DNA from: Patescibacteria group bacterium | Lineage (GTDB): Bacteria; Patescibacteriota; Patescibacteriia; Patescibacteriales; JAQTRU01 | Direction of reading: 5' to 3' | DNA length: 64,000 nt | NCBI GenBank assembly: GCA_041645555.1 | Contig: JBAZPX010000003.1 | Location: forward strand, 599-64,598 | Shown here: in pieces, positions 62,367-64,000 of the stretch | Layout of the letters: each line of letters starts with the position of its first letter | Numbering within the stretch: position 1 is the stretch's first letter | Notes under the pieces: model-generated | Databases searched by the model: none | What the model was told of the DNA's origin: nothing | What the model saw: the letters and a program-made list of their open reading frames with translations, nothing else | Translations under genes and position numbers: made by a program

Positions 62367-62479
62367 GGGGCCACCTCCTTGATTAAAGGGTATAATATTG
62401 TTCCTAGTTTAAGAGCGAAGATATTTTGATGGTATACTTTTTCCTACTTTTTGTCAACCCTGGCGGGAGCTGAGGGAAA

Positions 62480-62508
62480 TTGACAGAAAAATTAGAAAGT
62501 TATATGCT
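62480..62508 (+). promoter_or_regulatory. candidate promoter with a ~190-nt leader before the last gene
   Basis: TTGACA (62480-62485), 17-nt spacer, TATGCT (62503-62508). Confidence 0.45.
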
Positions 62509-62705
62509 ACCTTATTATGGTTGAGGCTTATTTGCTTATTTTTTTGGTGTAATATAAGGTATTATATACAGTATTTGTTCATAAACTTGTTTATTGATTC
62601 ATATAAACAATAGTCGCTGTCCTTTTAAAATTAGCTTGTAGATAAGCAGTACCAGAAGGCGAAAACACAACACCACCACGTAATTCTGACAAGGGGGAAT
62701 AGTCA

Positions 62706-64000
62706 ATGAATATCCTAAAGGAAGTCCTACGAAATGAAGTGCGGCCGGCATTGGGCTGTACGGAGCCAATCGCTGTCGCTTATGCCTGTAGTTTGGCAAT
62801 GGCGGCGATTAAGAATAAACATCCGCAAGACAGCCATGAAATTTTGGAAATCACAGTCATCGTCGACCCGGGAGTATTAAAAAACGGTCTTGGCGTCTGT
62901 ATTCCCAATACTAATGGCCAGAAGGGAAATTGTATTGCCGCTGCTTTGGGCGCAATTTGCGGCGATTCGGCATTGCAGTTACGAGTCTTGGAGAAGGTGG
63001 CGCCGGATGATCTGGTTAAAGCTGAAAAGATGGTGAGAGAAGGCAAAGCGCATGTGTTATGCGAGGCCCATGATTCTCTTTACATCAAAGCGACCGTGAA
63101 AACTTCGACGGGAAACGCTTCAGCGATCATTAGGGATTCCCATACCAATGTCGTCGCTATCTTGGTTGACGGGGTTGTTATCGATGGTTCGGTGGAAGAA
63201 GATTGCGCCACCGTTGTTAATAAGGTTGCCCCTTACCGCCAAAATATGTCGACTATGCGTATTGCCGACTTAATTGATTGCGCTCAAGGCTTGGACGAGG
63301 ATGATTATCAGTATCTCCTCCGGGGTGTAGAGATGAACCTCGTTCTTTCTCGGGCAGGTTTACAATTGGGGAAATTCGGCAGCCAGTTGGCGGCTATGGC
63401 CGCTCAAGCAAACCTGGAGAACGAACTCTTCAAGTCAACGCAGATTTTAGTATCTTGCGCGACTGATGCCAGGATGGCCGGTGTTAATCTGCCGGCGATG
63501 AGCAGCGGGGGCAGCGGCAACCAGGGAATCGTAGCCATTCTCGTGCCTTATAATGTGGGCACGAAAGAAGGGATTCCGGAAAGACGCATTGTTGAGAGCA
63601 TTGCTTTATCGCATCTTCTCAATTCTTACGTCAAACAGTATACCGGAGAAATTGCCCCAATCTGCGGTTGCGCCATTGCGGCCGGATTAGGAGCCGCGGG
63701 AGCGATAGCTTACCAGCTTAGCCCTCGGGCAGAGACAGTCGGCTTGGCTATCAATAATGTTGTCGGTGATATTACCGGCATGCTCTGCGATGGCGCCAAA
63801 GGTGGTTGTACTCTGAAAGTCTTGAGTTCAACTGACTCAGCTATCAGAGCCGCTTATTTTGCCATTAATGGTTTTTTTATCTCAAGCAGCGATGGCATTA
63901 TCAGCGAAGCTCCCGAGGAGACAATCAGAAATTTGGGTCGGTTGTGCGCTTTGGGCCTTGACCATCTGAACGGAACCGTGCTTGATATCATGATAAACAA
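62706..64000 (+). CDS. UPF0597 / YhaM-type serine-dehydratase-alpha-like protein (cysteine desulfidase family), 3' end outside the window
   Basis: Hand translation from the ATG at 62706 (AAGGGGGA upstream): MNILKEVLRNEVRPALGCTEPIAVAYA..., SSGGSGNQGI, ICGCAIAAG, GMLCDGAKGGCTLK. The frame stays open to the window end. Confidence 0.8.
   Translation, partial: MNILKEVLRNEVRPALGCTEPIAVAYACSLAMAAIKNKHPQDSHEILEITVIVDPGVLKNGLGVCIPNTNGQKGNCIAAALGAICGDSALQLRVLEKVAPDDLVKAEKMVREGKAHVLCEAHDSLYIKATVKTSTGNASAIIRDSHTNVVAILVDGVVIDGSVEEDCATVVNKVAPYRQNMSTMRIADLIDCAQGLDEDDYQYLLRGVEMNLVLSRAGLQLGKFGSQLAAMAAQANLENELFKSTQILVSCATDARMAGVNLPAMSSGGSGNQGIVAILVPYNVGTKEGIPERRIVESIALSHLLNSYVKQYTGEIAPICGCAIAAGLGAAGAIAYQLSPRAETVGLAINNVVGDITGMLCDGAKGGCTLKVLSSTDSAIRAAYFAINGFFISSSDGIISEAPEETIRNLGRLCALGLDHLNGTVLDIMIN

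Noticed and set aside
1-64000. CRISPR arrays, cas genes, rRNA genes, tmRNA, RNase P RNA and SRP RNA
   Set aside because: There are no regularly spaced direct repeats and no cas-like ORFs. I found no match to the conserved sequence blocks of these RNAs as I remember them. The two rod-like RNA candidates lack the RNase P GGAAAGTCC-type and SRP GGAA-tetraloop contexts.
1-64000. Alternative genetic code (UGA recoding, as in some CPR lineages)
   Set aside because: All long conserved genes (uvrA, valS, pheT, topA, the PurL-like gene) are uninterrupted under the standard bacterial code.

Overview
This 64-kb window looks like part of an AT-rich, streamlined bacterial genome. Its gene content and style resemble Candidate Phyla Radiation / Patescibacteria; that placement is my inference, not a database result.

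Backbone: compact housekeeping operons under the standard genetic code. They include uvrA, tyrS, argS, glyQS, valS, pheS, pheT, topA, dprA, pth, der, an LCP-family enzyme, a PilB/GspE ATPase, a ComEC-type metallo-beta-lactamase domain protein, Hsp20, VanW, CapA, a NUDIX hydrolase, a HAD hydrolase, a DHH phosphoesterase and an AMMECR1 protein.

GC-rich inserts: several clearly more G+C-rich cassettes are embedded in this backbone. The largest spans about 14.3-22.4 kb and carries an orphan, divergent PurL-like FGAM synthase, a citramalate-synthase-like gene, a stand-alone LeuA-regulatory-domain protein and operons of tiny Trp-containing ORFs. Smaller ones lie at 33.7-34.4, 35.8-36.2, 54.4-55.3, 59.7-60.1 and 62.0-64.0 kb.

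AT-rich island: 46.4-50.3 kb looks like a defence or accessory island, with a HicBA-like pair, a HEPN-motif protein, a SEC-C-motif protein and an IS200/RAYT-like transposase fragment.

The non-coding layer is the most unusual part:
- An intact tRNA-Pro(GGG) is nested, between 20-bp hairpin arms, inside the anticodon loop of a second Pro-like tRNA gene.
- A GIY-YIG gene is wedged between a tRNA-Val gene and a duplicated 5' tRNA fragment.
- A family of inverted-repeat-bounded GIY-YIG minielements and derivatives supplies the start codon and first ~13 codons of at least four unrelated genes.
- A ~1-kb GC-rich unit with no ORF of 60 aa or more on its own strand has a consensus promoter and terminator, making it a candidate large ncRNA.
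- Two ~200-240-nt promoter-driven rod-like RNA candidates are present.
- Several families of palindromic intergenic repeats are present.

I saw no rRNA genes, CRISPR arrays or cas genes. All calls come from reading the sequence and the ORF track by eye. No searches or folding programs were run.
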